In this document: piece by piece, positions 18,038 through 28,131 of the stretch
Position numbering within the stretch: the first letter of the stretch is position 1
Layout of the letters: each line of letters opens with the position of its first letter
Virus record (IMG/VR): IMGVR_UViG_3300033066_001054
Reading direction: 5' to 3' (one strand)
Source of the DNA: a virus
Lineage: Duplodnaviria; Caudoviricetes
DNA: 64,000 bases
Program-made: the position numbers and the translations under genes
Notes under the pieces: model-generated
The model's database searches: none
Seen by the model: the letters and a program-made list of their open reading frames with translations, nothing else
Told to the model about the DNA's origin: nothing

Positions 18038-19271
18038 GCTTTTCCGAGTCCATGGCGTTGCGTGCATCCAGAAACACAGGATTGCGCATTTGCTCAAAGA
18101 TGTCGCTGGTGTCGGTGTTCATGAATTCTGGCCATTCGGTAAGAAGACATATTGCATCGGCACCATCTGCTGAATCATAAATGTTTTTCGATTGCTTGAT
18201 AAGCCCGGTTTCTAGAGTTGCCACAGGGTCATATGCAGTGACATTCGCGTCTCTTTCAAGCAATAGATTGATGAATTTGATAGCCTGAGAATCACGGGTG
18301 TCGTCTGTTCCTGGTTTGAATGACAGCCCCCACACTGTAATGTTCCTTCCTTGAAGACCGCAAAGTTCCTCTTCTAGCAAACTCATGTACAGTTTTGGCA
18401 TATATCGGTTAATGTCTCGTGCCGACTTCAATATGCCACAGTCGATGAATGCACTGTCAGACATGTGTATAGCAGCACTGACGTCTTTGGGGAAGCAAGA
18501 GCCGCCATAACCAATGCCGGCGTTTAAGAATTCGTGACCAATTCGATGGTCACTACCCATTCCCTTGGTGACTTCGGTGACATCAGCACCATAGTATTCA
18601 GACATTTGGGCAAGCCAGTTCACGAAGCTAATTTTGGTGGCTAGGAACGAATTGCTCGCGTATTTGATGAGTTCTGCGGATTCAACCGAGCACACCTCAA
18701 TTGGTGCCTCAAGTTTGTCATACACTTTTGTCATCGCCATGATTGCATTGAGGCTTTTTGCACCAATGATAATTCGGTCAGGGTGCAGTGTGTTTTGCAA
18801 TGCGCGGCCTTCTTGTAGAAATTCTGGGTTGCTAACCACCTCGCAAGGCATTCCTGGTCTGATTTGTTTGATATATTCTTGCGCCCATTTTGCGGTACCG
18901 ACAGGAACCGTCGACTTGTTGACAATGATTTTGGGCTCGTTTAGTGCATGTATGACATCAGTGAGCACCTCTTGGTATTGAGTCATGTCAACGCTTCCGT
19001 CTTCGTTTTGTGGTGTGCCAACACAAATGAAAATGATGTCGCTGCTTTTGACTCCGTGCGCAAGGTCTTGTGTGAATCTGATAGTGTGCGATTTAAGCAC
19101 CTTATTCATCAAAGGCTCAAGGCCAGGTTCATAAATACACGGCTTACCGTTGCTGAGCGATTTCACTTTATCTGCATTTTGGTCGACACAAATGACGTAA
19201 TGTCCCTGGTTAGCCAACACGACGCCAGTTACAAGACCAACATAACCAGTACCCAAAACGCAAATATTCAT
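17991..19271 (-). CDS. ugd: UDP-glucose 6-dehydrogenase
   Basis: GTGYVG, KSTVPVGT, SNPEFL, KYASN, GYGGSCFPKD and FKPGTDD motifs. Confidence 0.95.
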   Translation of the reverse strand: MNICVLGTGYVGLVTGVVLANQGHYVICVDQNADKVKSLSNGKPCIYEPGLEPLMNKVLKSHTIRFTQDLAHGVKSSDIIFICVGTPQNEDGSVDMTQYQEVLTDVIHALNEPKIIVNKSTVPVGTAKWAQEYIKQIRPGMPCEVVSNPEFLQEGRALQNTLHPDRIIIGAKSLNAIMAMTKVYDKLEAPIEVCSVESAELIKYASNSFLATKISFVNWLAQMSEYYGADVTEVTKGMGSDHRIGHEFLNAGIGYGGSCFPKDVSAAIHMSDSAFIDCGILKSARDINRYMPKLYMSLLEEELCGLQGRNITVWGLSFKPGTDDTRDSQAIKFINLLLERDANVTAYDPVATLETGLIKQSKNIYDSADGADAICLLTEWPEFMNTDTSDIFEQMRNPVFLDARNAMDSEKLKQQGWTYLSLGRLH

Positions 19272-19520
19272 TTAGACCGAAGACCATGGCAGCTTCTGAG
19301 GTTGTGGAACTGGTGTGAGTACCGTATAGCCACCTTCAGAATAAATGGTGTAGCTGCCATTGTGACCATTTGGTGTAACAGGGGTTTCTGGCGAGAACAA
19401 CCCGCCGATTTCAGCGCCGTCGACTGTTTGTGACTGACCGTCTGATGTTACTATTCGGACTGATTTTCCGGCCAGTAACTGTTGAAGTTCTCCAATAGTA
19501 AAATGAGGTGCGTTTTCCAC
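19272..19520 (-). CDS. Hypothetical protein
   Basis: GTG start 6 nt after TGTATAAA; its stop abuts the ugd start. Confidence 0.55.
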   Translation of the reverse strand: MENAPHFTIGELQQLLAGKSVRIVTSDGQSQTVDGAEIGGLFSPETPVTPNGHNGSYTIYSEGGYTVLTPVPQPQKLPWSSV

Positions 19521-19541
19521 ACCCCATTTATACAATTCGGC

Positions 19542-20789
19542 TTATTGCGCCACTAGTGCGTTCTGCCAATTCTTTACCGATTCAGAATATTTGCAGAACG
19601 GGCAATCTGGATTTGATTCTGGTGGCTCGGTTTGCATCAGCAATTCCGCCACATCGTGCAGCATTTGCCTAAACCATTTCTTGTCCATTTCCAGTTCAGT
19701 CCATGTGATTTTGCCGTTCAACTGCGCTTCTATACCATCGACGTTGAACACTTGTGGTTCGTACACCAAAAGACCGAGTCGTGTTACAGGCGAGAATGAA
19801 ACGGCATTTTCGGCCGCTTTGCTGAACGCGAACGCATAAGAGTGTAGCTGTGCTGCGTAAATGAGCAAGTGCTCTGGTTTTGGCATGCTTGTTTTGTAGT
19901 CTACGATAACATAACCCTTAGAGTCCAAGTCTTCTGCAATACCGTCCGTCTTGCCGTGAACAAACACCTGTGCTCCCAGGTCTTCAAATTGAATTGCCTC
20001 AGAAGTACATGTCATGTTCTTGCCAATGATTTTGATATTTGGCAGGCCTGGGTCAATTTCTGACAGAGTTTTGCCCTGGAAAAACGACTGCATTCCGCCA
20101 TCAATTGTGTTGAAGATTTTTGCCATTGGTGTAAACGGTCTTGGCACAGACTGCGAATACTTGAGCCAATAGCATCGTTTGCACTCCTTCCACAGAAATG
20201 CGAAGTCGCTAGGTGATAGTTTGAAAGTTTTCATTGTGTTCTGCTCATTTAACCACCCTTCAACAATTTGCTTGTGTTCTGGGCGGGCCAGGTTGTATAC
20301 TGGCACGTTGTATTCGCTTGCTATGCGAATCGCTTGACCAGTTCCACCTGTCTTTTTTGTAGTCTCACTTTTAGTTATCGCACCATCGGGCGTCCAACAC
20401 ACAACAAATTCAACTGGACTTTGTAAATCCGGACCCATCACTTGATGTACGTTTCTGGAGTGCAACTTCTGCACAAAATCACCGAGATACATCCATCCTG
20501 GGTGCATTTTGCTGGCTATCTCCATCGCAGGGGGCCAGTCTGGAACAACGTATGGTTCTTTCCGGGGCCGGCGATTCCAGCCAACTGCAGGAAGGAAAAT
20601 AACCATGTTCCCGTTGTTTGATTTGCAGCCGTTCTCAAATGCGGTGTCTGCGCCATCAGCCCCACCAGAATACAAAGTGTATCCTTTTTTGGCCAAGTGT
20701 GCAGCGACGCGCTCCATGAGTGCGATAATATCTGCCGGCGTTTGTCGCGAACCTATTCCGGCGTATTGCACTGAATCACCATTTGACAA
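19542..20789 (-). CDS. SLOG (DprA/YspA-like) domain fused to a PD-(D/E)XK Cas4-like nuclease
   Basis: N-terminus: YAGIGSR.TP, SGGADGAD, GGTGQA. C-terminus: LSPS...CKRC, GKTD, VDYKT, QLHSY, C..C. Confidence 0.8.
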   Translation of the reverse strand: MSNGDSVQYAGIGSRQTPADIIALMERVAAHLAKKGYTLYSGGADGADTAFENGCKSNNGNMVIFLPAVGWNRRPRKEPYVVPDWPPAMEIASKMHPGWMYLGDFVQKLHSRNVHQVMGPDLQSPVEFVVCWTPDGAITKSETTKKTGGTGQAIRIASEYNVPVYNLARPEHKQIVEGWLNEQNTMKTFKLSPSDFAFLWKECKRCYWLKYSQSVPRPFTPMAKIFNTIDGGMQSFFQGKTLSEIDPGLPNIKIIGKNMTCTSEAIQFEDLGAQVFVHGKTDGIAEDLDSKGYVIVDYKTSMPKPEHLLIYAAQLHSYAFAFSKAAENAVSFSPVTRLGLLVYEPQVFNVDGIEAQLNGKITWTELEMDKKWFRQMLHDVAELLMQTEPPESNPDCPFCKYSESVKNWQNALVAQ

Positions 20790-21337
20790 AAATTTAGAAA
20801 CTCATCATATGTTAGGTCGTTTTTCATTCTATTGATTACCCAAGAAGTCCATACTATATTATCGCGCACATATCCAAGATGTGGAATCAATCTATCCACA
20901 GATGGGAATTCTCTGGCCGGGCAATGTTGGATGGTTACCTGTGCAGACAATTTTAATGGTGTTTGAGTGTAATAACACAATCCTGATTGTTTGTACCATT
21001 GAGCTATCAGGTGTTCACCATCAATGTCAAAATCAACACCAATAACCTTAGACCTGTGTCTTAATTGTGCAACCAATCTTGGTGCGTATGTTTCAATATC
21101 CTCTTTGACCTTGAGTCTGTAAGCACGATTCCTTATGTTTGTGCAGGTTTTACAAGAACTGTCTTTTCGATGCCCTGGTCGAGATTTGCCCTTGCTGGAG
21201 AACTCAGATAATGATTTAATTTCATTGCAAGAAGCACATCGACGCAATCCTTGCGGGTGTAATATGTATCTGTTTTCTGACCTCAAATCGAAATTCATTC
21301 TTTGATGAAACTGGTTGTTGTGTGCAAATACTGGCAT
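20753..21337 (-). CDS. HNH-type homing endonuclease-like protein
   Basis: CASCNEIK..SEF...CKTC; Q.GLCYY, SVDR...GY..DN......N.MK. Confidence 0.75.
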   Translation of the reverse strand: MPVFAHNNQFHQRMNFDLRSENRYILHPQGLRRCASCNEIKSLSEFSSKGKSRPGHRKDSSCKTCTNIRNRAYRLKVKEDIETYAPRLVAQLRHRSKVIGVDFDIDGEHLIAQWYKQSGLCYYTQTPLKLSAQVTIQHCPAREFPSVDRLIPHLGYVRDNIVWTSWVINRMKNDLTYDEFLNFCQMVIQCNTPE

Positions 21338-21378
21338 AATAGAGCATAATTATTAAAATCCCTGCATACGACCTGCAT

Positions 21379-21392
21379 CACACACACACACA
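21379..21392 (+). repeat. (CA)7 microsatellite immediately before the methyltransferase start
   Basis: CACACACACACACA-CC-ATG, preceded by a CCTGCAT direct repeat (21361, 21372). Confidence 0.8.
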
Positions 21393-21394
21393 CC

Positions 21395-22648
21395 ATGTTT
21401 ACATTTATTGATTTGTTTTCAGGAATAGGCGGTTTCAGAATCGCTCTCGAGTCTTTGGGAGGAAAATGCGTAGGCAGTTCAGAAATTGCAGGTCCTGCAA
21501 TCAAAGTCTACCATGATAATTGGTCCGAAGACGATAATGTCGGGGACATAACCAAGATTTCCTCTCTTCCAGAGCATGATATCATGGTCGGTGGCGTGCC
21601 TTGTCAGAGTTGGTCAATTGCCGGAAAGATGAAGGGGTTTGAAGACCCTCGTGGTCAGCTATGGGGCGATGTCATTAGGTTACTGAACAAGAATCAACCC
21701 AAGGCGTTCATCTTTGAGAACGTCAAGGGCTTAGCCGACCCAAGAAACACAGTTGAAAGAGAGTTCTTGATTGAGCAGATGAATCTTGCCGGTTACGACG
21801 TTAGATACAAGCTATTGAATGCATATGACTATGGTGTGCCGCAAAACAGAGAGCGCATATTTATCGTCGGAGCAAAAGACTTGACCGATTTTCAGTGGCC
21901 CCAAGAGTGTCGCTCGCAAACAATGCTGCTAGACTACATGGACGGCATGGAGCACCTAAGGGCGCATGCTGTACGCAACAGCGACCCAGAAATCAATCAA
22001 GCCACCACTGGCAACAGATTGACACTGCATGGTGAAAGAAACGAGTTTTTCATCTTCAATGATGTTAGAGATGGTGAAACGGTTATCCACTCATGGGACC
22101 TTAAGGGTTTATCTCATAGAGAGTGTGAAATCTGCAATACGATATTGAAGAACCGAAGAAGTAGCAAATATGGTCCAAAAGACGGCAATCCGCTATCATA
22201 CCAAGACCTTTTGGTGCTGATTCCTAATCTGATGGAAGTCGAACTAGTCAAGCTGCAGAACGCTGGTGTATTGGTAAGATTCGACCAAAGTAAATACGAC
22301 TTTAAGAACAGACGACAATTATCAGGAATTGATGGGGTATATCGCATCTTCTTGCCCAATGCACGATTCTTTTCAACGTTGACCGCATCGGGGACTCCAG
22401 ATTTGATTGCAACCACTCTGATATCAGCCAGCACTGACGAGGAGTATCGTCGCAAATTCATTAAAGAGATATACGATGCCAAGGCATACAGAAGACCCAC
22501 CGCTCGAGAATATGCAAGAATTCAGGGTTTTCCAGACACACATCGCTTGCATCCATCTGCCAGCGCGAATACAAAGCTGATTGGAAATGCCGTGCCACCA
22601 CCTTTAGTAAAGCAAGTGGCACAGCAATTGGTCAAAGTGCTCAGATAG
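21395..22648 (+). CDS. DNA (cytosine-5) methyltransferase
   Basis: DLFSGIGG, GVPCQ, ENVKG, PQNRER, RIQGFP and GNAV motifs. Confidence 0.95.
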   Translation: MFTFIDLFSGIGGFRIALESLGGKCVGSSEIAGPAIKVYHDNWSEDDNVGDITKISSLPEHDIMVGGVPCQSWSIAGKMKGFEDPRGQLWGDVIRLLNKNQPKAFIFENVKGLADPRNTVEREFLIEQMNLAGYDVRYKLLNAYDYGVPQNRERIFIVGAKDLTDFQWPQECRSQTMLLDYMDGMEHLRAHAVRNSDPEINQATTGNRLTLHGERNEFFIFNDVRDGETVIHSWDLKGLSHRECEICNTILKNRRSSKYGPKDGNPLSYQDLLVLIPNLMEVELVKLQNAGVLVRFDQSKYDFKNRRQLSGIDGVYRIFLPNARFFSTLTASGTPDLIATTLISASTDEEYRRKFIKEIYDAKAYRRPTAREYARIQGFPDTHRLHPSASANTKLIGNAVPPPLVKQVAQQLVKVLR

Positions 22649-23282
22649 GCCAGCCTTCTCCGAGCCTGAGATATTCACCGATGTTCTTGTTGAACTCATT
22701 GATTGACTTGTAGTATTCAAATCGCTTCTTGTACCACACCACAATCGGTTCCTGGTTCATTTGCATCAGCGCATAGTTGAGCAAAATTCTACCAGTGCGG
22801 CCATTGCCATCAGCAAAAGGGTGGACAAACTCAAACGAGTGATGAATGCCCCATGCGATTTCCAAGGCATGCTCTGGCGTACCGTCAAACGATGCGAGTT
22901 CTTCTTTGACCTTCGGTGCCCAACGTTCTCGCATTAGGTAATCAACAAACATATGTTTTGGGCATTGGTGACCACCAACCTCGAGTTCTTCCTTCCGATA
23001 GTTACCAGAGAGGGACTGCGTCTCATACCAGTCAATCCCGCGTGTCAGAGCACGATGGATGTCTTTGGCAATATCGCCATAAAACGGCTGAGAGACAAGC
23101 TCTTTCGCCAGTTCAAATGCATTGACAGAGTTGTTGTACATCAATTGCCCAGGCTTGGTGGCCGGCAAGAGACCAACACGCATGTCTCTGTCTTGGTATT
23201 GTGGGTCAATCAAGCACGACTGCGTAACAAATGTATGCAAATCAAACCCATTTTTTCTCGCGACTGTCATGATTCTAGACAT
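22641..23282 (-). CDS. Fic domain protein
   Basis: Canonical HPFADGNGRTGR motif. Start uncertain. Confidence 0.9.
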   Translation of the reverse strand: MSRIMTVARKNGFDLHTFVTQSCLIDPQYQDRDMRVGLLPATKPGQLMYNNSVNAFELAKELVSQPFYGDIAKDIHRALTRGIDWYETQSLSGNYRKEELEVGGHQCPKHMFVDYLMRERWAPKVKEELASFDGTPEHALEIAWGIHHSFEFVHPFADGNGRTGRILLNYALMQMNQEPIVVWYKKRFEYYKSINEFNKNIGEYLRLGEGWPI

Positions 23283-23344
23283 AATACCATATCTGGTGAA
23301 ATCTGTATAAGACAAACAAGAACCAGGAGGTTACTTCGACAAAC

Positions 23345-23767
23345 ATGAACACTAAAGACAAAATCATCACACCACCTGCAATCAATGCTGAGTTCAAAGA
23401 TTCAGGCAACGGCTCCAATGAACTCGTTATTTCAGACGAGCAGTATACTCAACTTAGCGAGGTAACCAATGCCGAGCAAGTTGCCAAGCTGCGATGCTGG
23501 GACATCCAAGAATACATTGACGGTGTTGAGGCACAAAAAGCCCAGCTTGACGCCGCTCTTAGCAGTGCCAGTGGGCAGCTTGAAGAGGCTAAGTCAAATC
23601 TGATTCAGGCACGAACTCAACTGAAATCAACATTTGATGTCATCTTCGGACCGCTGGGTCTTGAAAACAAGATGGTTTCGGTTTCACAATCGTCACCACA
23701 CGTTGTCACGGTTGTCGACCCGCAAGCTGCGGCGCCGGCAGCGGCAAGCGAAGAGTCGTCAGATTAA
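23345..23767 (+). CDS. Hypothetical coiled-coil protein
   Basis: AGGAGG SD, upstream TGTATAA and downstream terminator. Confidence 0.7.
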   Translation: MNTKDKIITPPAINAEFKDSGNGSNELVISDEQYTQLSEVTNAEQVAKLRCWDIQEYIDGVEAQKAQLDAALSSASGQLEEAKSNLIQARTQLKSTFDVIFGPLGLENKMVSVSQSSPHVVTVVDPQAAAPAAASEESSD

Positions 23768-23778
23768 CGAGTCGAGTG

Positions 23779-23822
23779 TAACAAAAAAACGGGACTGAGT
23801 AAGCAGTCCCGTTTTTTTGTTA
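23779..23822. terminator. Bidirectional intrinsic terminator
   Basis: AAAAAAACGGGACTG-agtaag-CAGTCCCGTTTTTTT between convergent genes. Confidence 0.9.
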
Positions 23823-24098
23823 CCTGGTGACAAGTGCAAACGGATATGTATTGCTTGAGCACAAAAGCGCTGGCGGTTTTGAAGTCTTGTCAATGCTTGC
23901 GTCCATGAACGTCATTGTCAAAACCACATCAGTGTCTTCGACAAACAAAAATGAGGCCAGGCTGTTAAGAAGTGTGTCGTCTAGCTTCCACATCATTGGG
24001 CTATCGTTTAACTCTCGGACTAAACGATACATTTTCCAGAAAAGCTCAATATTGTCATCGTCTGGACTGAACTTATTGTCTGTGAATTGAATTAACAT
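23820..24098 (-). CDS. Hypothetical protein
   Basis: GGAG SD before MLIQF. Confidence 0.55.
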   Translation of the reverse strand: MLIQFTDNKFSPDDDNIELFWKMYRLVRELNDSPMMWKLDDTLLNSLASFLFVEDTDVVLTMTFMDASIDKTSKPPALLCSSNTYPFALVTR

Positions 24099-24143
24099 TC
24101 TAACTCCCTGTGTGTTATTATTCAGACTATTCAAACACACTCC

Positions 24144-24719
24144 CTATTTGTTGTTGCGATATTCTTCGTATGGATGGCGCATTCGCCTAATGGCAATCTC
24201 CACTCTTGGGTTTTCAGGACATTTACCGCCGAACCAATGGTGGTCAAGTTCGTTGTGCCAGTGAATGAACTTGTCATTCAATATCACCCCCCAGAACTGT
24301 AGCACGTCACCAATGGCCTGCAAGTACCCCGCGTGGTCGCCAACCTGCCATGTATCCGTGTATACTCGCACATTGATTGCAACACCAAAGTCAATGGGTG
24401 TTTTACCAATCAGTTCCCAGGCTTCTCTGCATTCTCTTTCTGCGCACTTTTCAAAGTATGCATACTGCGGACTGGGTAAAACCCGAGGCATTCCGCCCTT
24501 AAACACGGCTTGCTGGTGCGTCTTTTTTGTGACTGGTTTGTAGTTGATTGTGAACTGACACAGTAGTTCGCCGTCAGGTTTGGTTTCATCTTCTGTAACA
24601 ACACGCGGCGCAGAAGCAACTTCTGCCTCATACTGTTTCATGAATTCTTTTTGCTTTGTGGTTCCGCGCCTGAGACTCCAGTCTTTGTGTGGCACCGGCC
24701 GCTGTATTTTTTTAGCCAT
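24144..24719 (-). CDS. RusA-like Holliday junction resolvase
   Basis: P.TKK, D..GY.QAIGDVL...GVI.ND..I and PRVEI pattern. Confidence 0.7.
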   Translation of the reverse strand: MAKKIQRPVPHKDWSLRRGTTKQKEFMKQYEAEVASAPRVVTEDETKPDGELLCQFTINYKPVTKKTHQQAVFKGGMPRVLPSPQYAYFEKCAERECREAWELIGKTPIDFGVAINVRVYTDTWQVGDHAGYLQAIGDVLQFWGVILNDKFIHWHNELDHHWFGGKCPENPRVEIAIRRMRHPYEEYRNNK

Positions 24720-24735
24720 GTTTGGCTTTGTACAG

Positions 24736-25722
24736 TTATGGTCTGCGGTCTTCGTCTGTTACCAGTGTGCTTGAATTCAAGAACGCCTCAAACGAAACCG
24801 TTGCAGTCGTAAGTGCGCCTGCACTCATCGAGCGGTTTAGGTTGTTTGACACGTATGCACGACCAAAGCGGATAATGTCCCAGTTAGAGCTGTTTCCTAC
24901 TTTGATTTCAAATTGCTTGGCGCGATATGTCTGACTTGCCTTGACTGCGTTGAGAACCCCAGCGGATTGCTTGGGCATAAATCCGCGACCGCTGGTCGAG
25001 GTTAAAAATGCCTCAAACTGCGTAGGAGCAATCAAGAAGGTTATGGTTCCAGAACAGCTATATCCAGAAATTCCGAAGTATGGATACTGGTCGGTGCCAA
25101 TCAGATAGTTTTGATTGATTACCGGCTTGAAGTTGACATCCATGTTGGTAACCTGAAAATCCCCAGAAAAATAGTTCGCAGAGATGTGCAATGTGACATC
25201 ATAATGCCTGGCTGTACGTGCTGCATAGGATACATCGCCCGCTACATAGTCTGGAATGAAAGCGCCTCTGCTGTCTGAGATAAAACTCATTGAAACATTG
25301 ACGCCCTGGTCGTTCATTTTGATTCCGCCAGAATCTAGTAAGTACAACGGTGCGTTGGATGGCGGTATAGGTGACCCTAACAATCCCGAGTTGCTTGCGG
25401 CGATTGGTGTCTGTATGGTGCGCATGGCATACGCGAGCAGTCCAAAAGCGGACTCAACTTTCATGTTGTTTGAGTTGTTCTCGTCGCTGCAGTTGCCTAT
25501 TGGGTTTTCAATGATGAGTACTGGACTGGACACAGTGTATTTCCAATACATGCCACCGATGTCCATAACCCTCACACCAATATCACCTTGAATTAGTGGT
25601 TTTGGTGATGCACTTTGAACCTGGTCCTCTGCCCAAGACTCGAAAATATACGCGATGCTTGGATTCAAAACATTGCGTAGAATATACCAATTTGATATGT
25701 ATTCTGAAGGTAATACGGGCAT
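24736..25722 (-). CDS. Hypothetical beta-rich protein (possibly a virion/tail-tube component)
   Basis: 328-aa ORF. The structural role is a guess from composition only. Confidence 0.5.
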   Translation of the reverse strand: MPVLPSEYISNWYILRNVLNPSIAYIFESWAEDQVQSASPKPLIQGDIGVRVMDIGGMYWKYTVSSPVLIIENPIGNCSDENNSNNMKVESAFGLLAYAMRTIQTPIAASNSGLLGSPIPPSNAPLYLLDSGGIKMNDQGVNVSMSFISDSRGAFIPDYVAGDVSYAARTARHYDVTLHISANYFSGDFQVTNMDVNFKPVINQNYLIGTDQYPYFGISGYSCSGTITFLIAPTQFEAFLTSTSGRGFMPKQSAGVLNAVKASQTYRAKQFEIKVGNSSNWDIIRFGRAYVSNNLNRSMSAGALTTATVSFEAFLNSSTLVTDEDRRP

Positions 25723-25779
25723 GGCTTAGCTCAATCGTTCGAATATCTTGTACAAGTCGATTGTCGGAGAAACAAAAAA

Positions 25780-26553
25780 ATGGACATGACTTATAACAAC
25801 CTACGCGGTATTGAGCAATTTAAGAACAAATTGGCTTCGTCACTGCAAAAGCGTAATCTTTCTAAAATCGACATTGACAAATGCATTTCAAAAGCTGTTG
25901 ACTTGTTTGGAGACAAAATTGGTGTAATGCCAGTCGGCGGTGTCATTTCAGCCGTTGCTGCGGTTTCTGCAATTGAAAAGCACCTAAATGACAATCCAGC
26001 ACACGATATTTTGGATGCTATCGGCTCATTCAGTATTGACGAAGCAACGGCGGCGTCAGCACCATCTGGTTCTTTGCGATTGGCGCTAGACGATGTTAGA
26101 GGCGAAGGAAAAATGGATGACGCTGAGCTGGACGATACAGCACAAGAAATTCACGAGTCTGTTGAAGACAGTGATAATCTAATCACTGTTATGGCCTACG
26201 ATGAACACGGTCGACCGCTCAAGGAATTCCAGGTAAGTAGCATTGACATGATTGATTACATGGAAGAAGAAGACCTGACCGATGAAGGCAGAAGAAGCCG
26301 AGGATTCTTACCGGCTGACTTTGATTCTACAGATGTTTTGTCTGCAACACCGGCGACAAGCGAGGGCAAGACTCGAAATATTGGCAACTACGGACATGAA
26401 ACAGACGGCAGTATTTACATTCAGTGCCCAGGTTGCTCTAGTAAAGATGTGATTCCGGTCGGCGCAGGAACATACATGTGTCTGACATGTGAGCCGTCAA
26501 ACATTTTTGACGTTGATTTGTTGCTTGACGACATCAACCCAGAGATGAACTAA
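25780..26553 (+). CDS. Hypothetical acidic protein with C-terminal Zn ribbon
   Basis: CPGC...CLTC; SD GGAGA. Confidence 0.65.
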   Translation: MDMTYNNLRGIEQFKNKLASSLQKRNLSKIDIDKCISKAVDLFGDKIGVMPVGGVISAVAAVSAIEKHLNDNPAHDILDAIGSFSIDEATAASAPSGSLRLALDDVRGEGKMDDAELDDTAQEIHESVEDSDNLITVMAYDEHGRPLKEFQVSSIDMIDYMEEEDLTDEGRRSRGFLPADFDSTDVLSATPATSEGKTRNIGNYGHETDGSIYIQCPGCSSKDVIPVGAGTYMCLTCEPSNIFDVDLLLDDINPEMN

Positions 26554-26783
26554 TCTTCAACAATTGCCCTGTATACCCAGTCTGTGGTATGGGCTTCGAC
26601 CTTGTCCATCCTCGAGCATAATTTCTCGAGCATGGACAAGATTTCAGATTGCTGTGCCTTGATTTCTTTAAGATGTCTGCTGGTTGATTCAAACATCGCG
26701 GCAAGAACAAAAATTGCGTCATTGATATCGCCATTGGAGCTGCTTGCTTTTTCTACGATATTTTGTAGTTCTTCGGCTTTCAC
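26550..26783 (-). CDS. Hypothetical protein
   Basis: GTG start 7 nt after TGTATAAT. Confidence 0.5.
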   Translation of the reverse strand: MKAEELQNIVEKASSSNGDINDAIFVLAAMFESTSRHLKEIKAQQSEILSMLEKLCSRMDKVEAHTTDWVYRAIVED

Positions 26784-26791
26784 GAACCTGA

Positions 26792-27598
26792 TTATACACT
26801 TAGTGACACAGACTTGTACCAGTCCAAATACGAATCTGGTATTCCATGTAGCTGAGTACCATATGAGTAGTGAACTGCCAATGCCGTGCCACAAATCGCT
26901 TTGGTCATTTGTTTAACTTCTGGCAGTCTGACAGACATTTCTAGTTCCTCGTTTTTGTTGACAAAATCACGACCATCCTGGTACATGTCTTTGCCAAACC
27001 ACGAAATCAGATTGATGCAAATTCTGGTATTTTGCCAATCAATCCATTGGTCAAAATGGTATTTGTCTAGTCTACAGTCTTCTTTGTGTTTTCTAAAACA
27101 GTCATGCGCTTCGCATGCGACATCTGGATTAGCCATAGCGTCTCCGCATGATGATTCGTATGTTAGTGATGCCGAATTGCGCGACATTACACCCATCGCC
27201 TGGTGCAAATATGAACATATGTTGTTGTTCACGATGTTGGCATATACCAGAAAATGTTCTGGATTGTCAATTCTGAACTGCACCAATTTTGATAGACAAT
27301 CATGTGCCATCCAACATATATCATCGTCTATGCGTACATATAGCACGTCTGGGTCACAACAAAACCTCATGAAGTGTCTTATGCTTCCTGAACCCTCGAT
27401 GCCGCCACAGGGCAGCGGTTGAACACTAAACTTGTCACTGTGTTCGTTGGCGAACTTGTGCATGAACTCAATGTCTGCTGGGTTGTTGGTGTTTTCCCAT
27501 ATCTCGAATTCATCAATTCCGTCTTGTTGCAACAAATATGGGAACAGAATCTTCATAAACCGGGTTCTGCCAGCCGGTATGACACCTACAACTTTCAT
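26792..27598 (-). CDS. GT-A fold glycosyltransferase-like protein
   Basis: VIPAGR, YVRIDDD (DxD) and C-terminal VHYSY. Confidence 0.65.
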   Translation of the reverse strand: MKVVGVIPAGRTRFMKILFPYLLQQDGIDEFEIWENTNNPADIEFMHKFANEHSDKFSVQPLPCGGIEGSGSIRHFMRFCCDPDVLYVRIDDDICWMAHDCLSKLVQFRIDNPEHFLVYANIVNNNICSYLHQAMGVMSRNSASLTYESSCGDAMANPDVACEAHDCFRKHKEDCRLDKYHFDQWIDWQNTRICINLISWFGKDMYQDGRDFVNKNEELEMSVRLPEVKQMTKAICGTALAVHYSYGTQLHGIPDSYLDWYKSVSLSV

Positions 27599-27613
27599 GT
27601 TGTATTATGCCAA

Positions 27614-27934
27614 TTATTGTTCGATGTCTAGGTTGAGCGGATTGTTTGAGTGCATCATCAAAGATTGATTTTGCATTGTGTCAAAGTTGGCTATGGCACC
27701 TTGTAATCCGTTGTTCTTTGGTTGAGAACTCGATGTTTGTGCTTGTTGCATTTGCTGAATCTGCGCGGCCAAGTTGGCAATACGGCGATAGATGTCTTGA
27801 ATATACTGTTGTGTGGTCAGTCCAACAGGCGCTACCTGCGACATCCTGACCATGCGTAGGTCGATATCGTCCACTTCTTTTGACAGGCCGTATTTGTCTG
27901 CCAGTTGCGCTATTCGATAGTATACTTCTAACAA
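27614..27934 (-). CDS. Hypothetical protein
   Basis: 106-aa Gln-rich ORF. Confidence 0.55.
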   Translation of the reverse strand: MLEVYYRIAQLADKYGLSKEVDDIDLRMVRMSQVAPVGLTTQQYIQDIYRRIANLAAQIQQMQQAQTSSSQPKNNGLQGAIANFDTMQNQSLMMHSNNPLNLDIEQ

Positions 27935-28110
27935 CGTCTCACCTGAATTCTGGCATGATTATTTTGTAGTTCGAGGTTCGGTGCATGAATAATGTGTTCG
28001 ATGATTTTGCTCAAATGCTCCCTGGCATCAATATTCTCAACTGGAATCTTGGATTTCAGCAAGTATAACTCCTCTACGAGTGAGTCTCTGTCAACTTTAA
28101 CTAATGTCAT
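27928..28110 (-). CDS. Hypothetical protein
   Basis: Short ORF overlapping the next start. Confidence 0.45.
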   Translation of the reverse strand: MTLVKVDRDSLVEELYLLKSKIPVENIDAREHLSKIIEHIIHAPNLELQNNHARIQVRRC

Positions 28111-28131
28111 GTCCGTTCCTAGTGTTGTATT

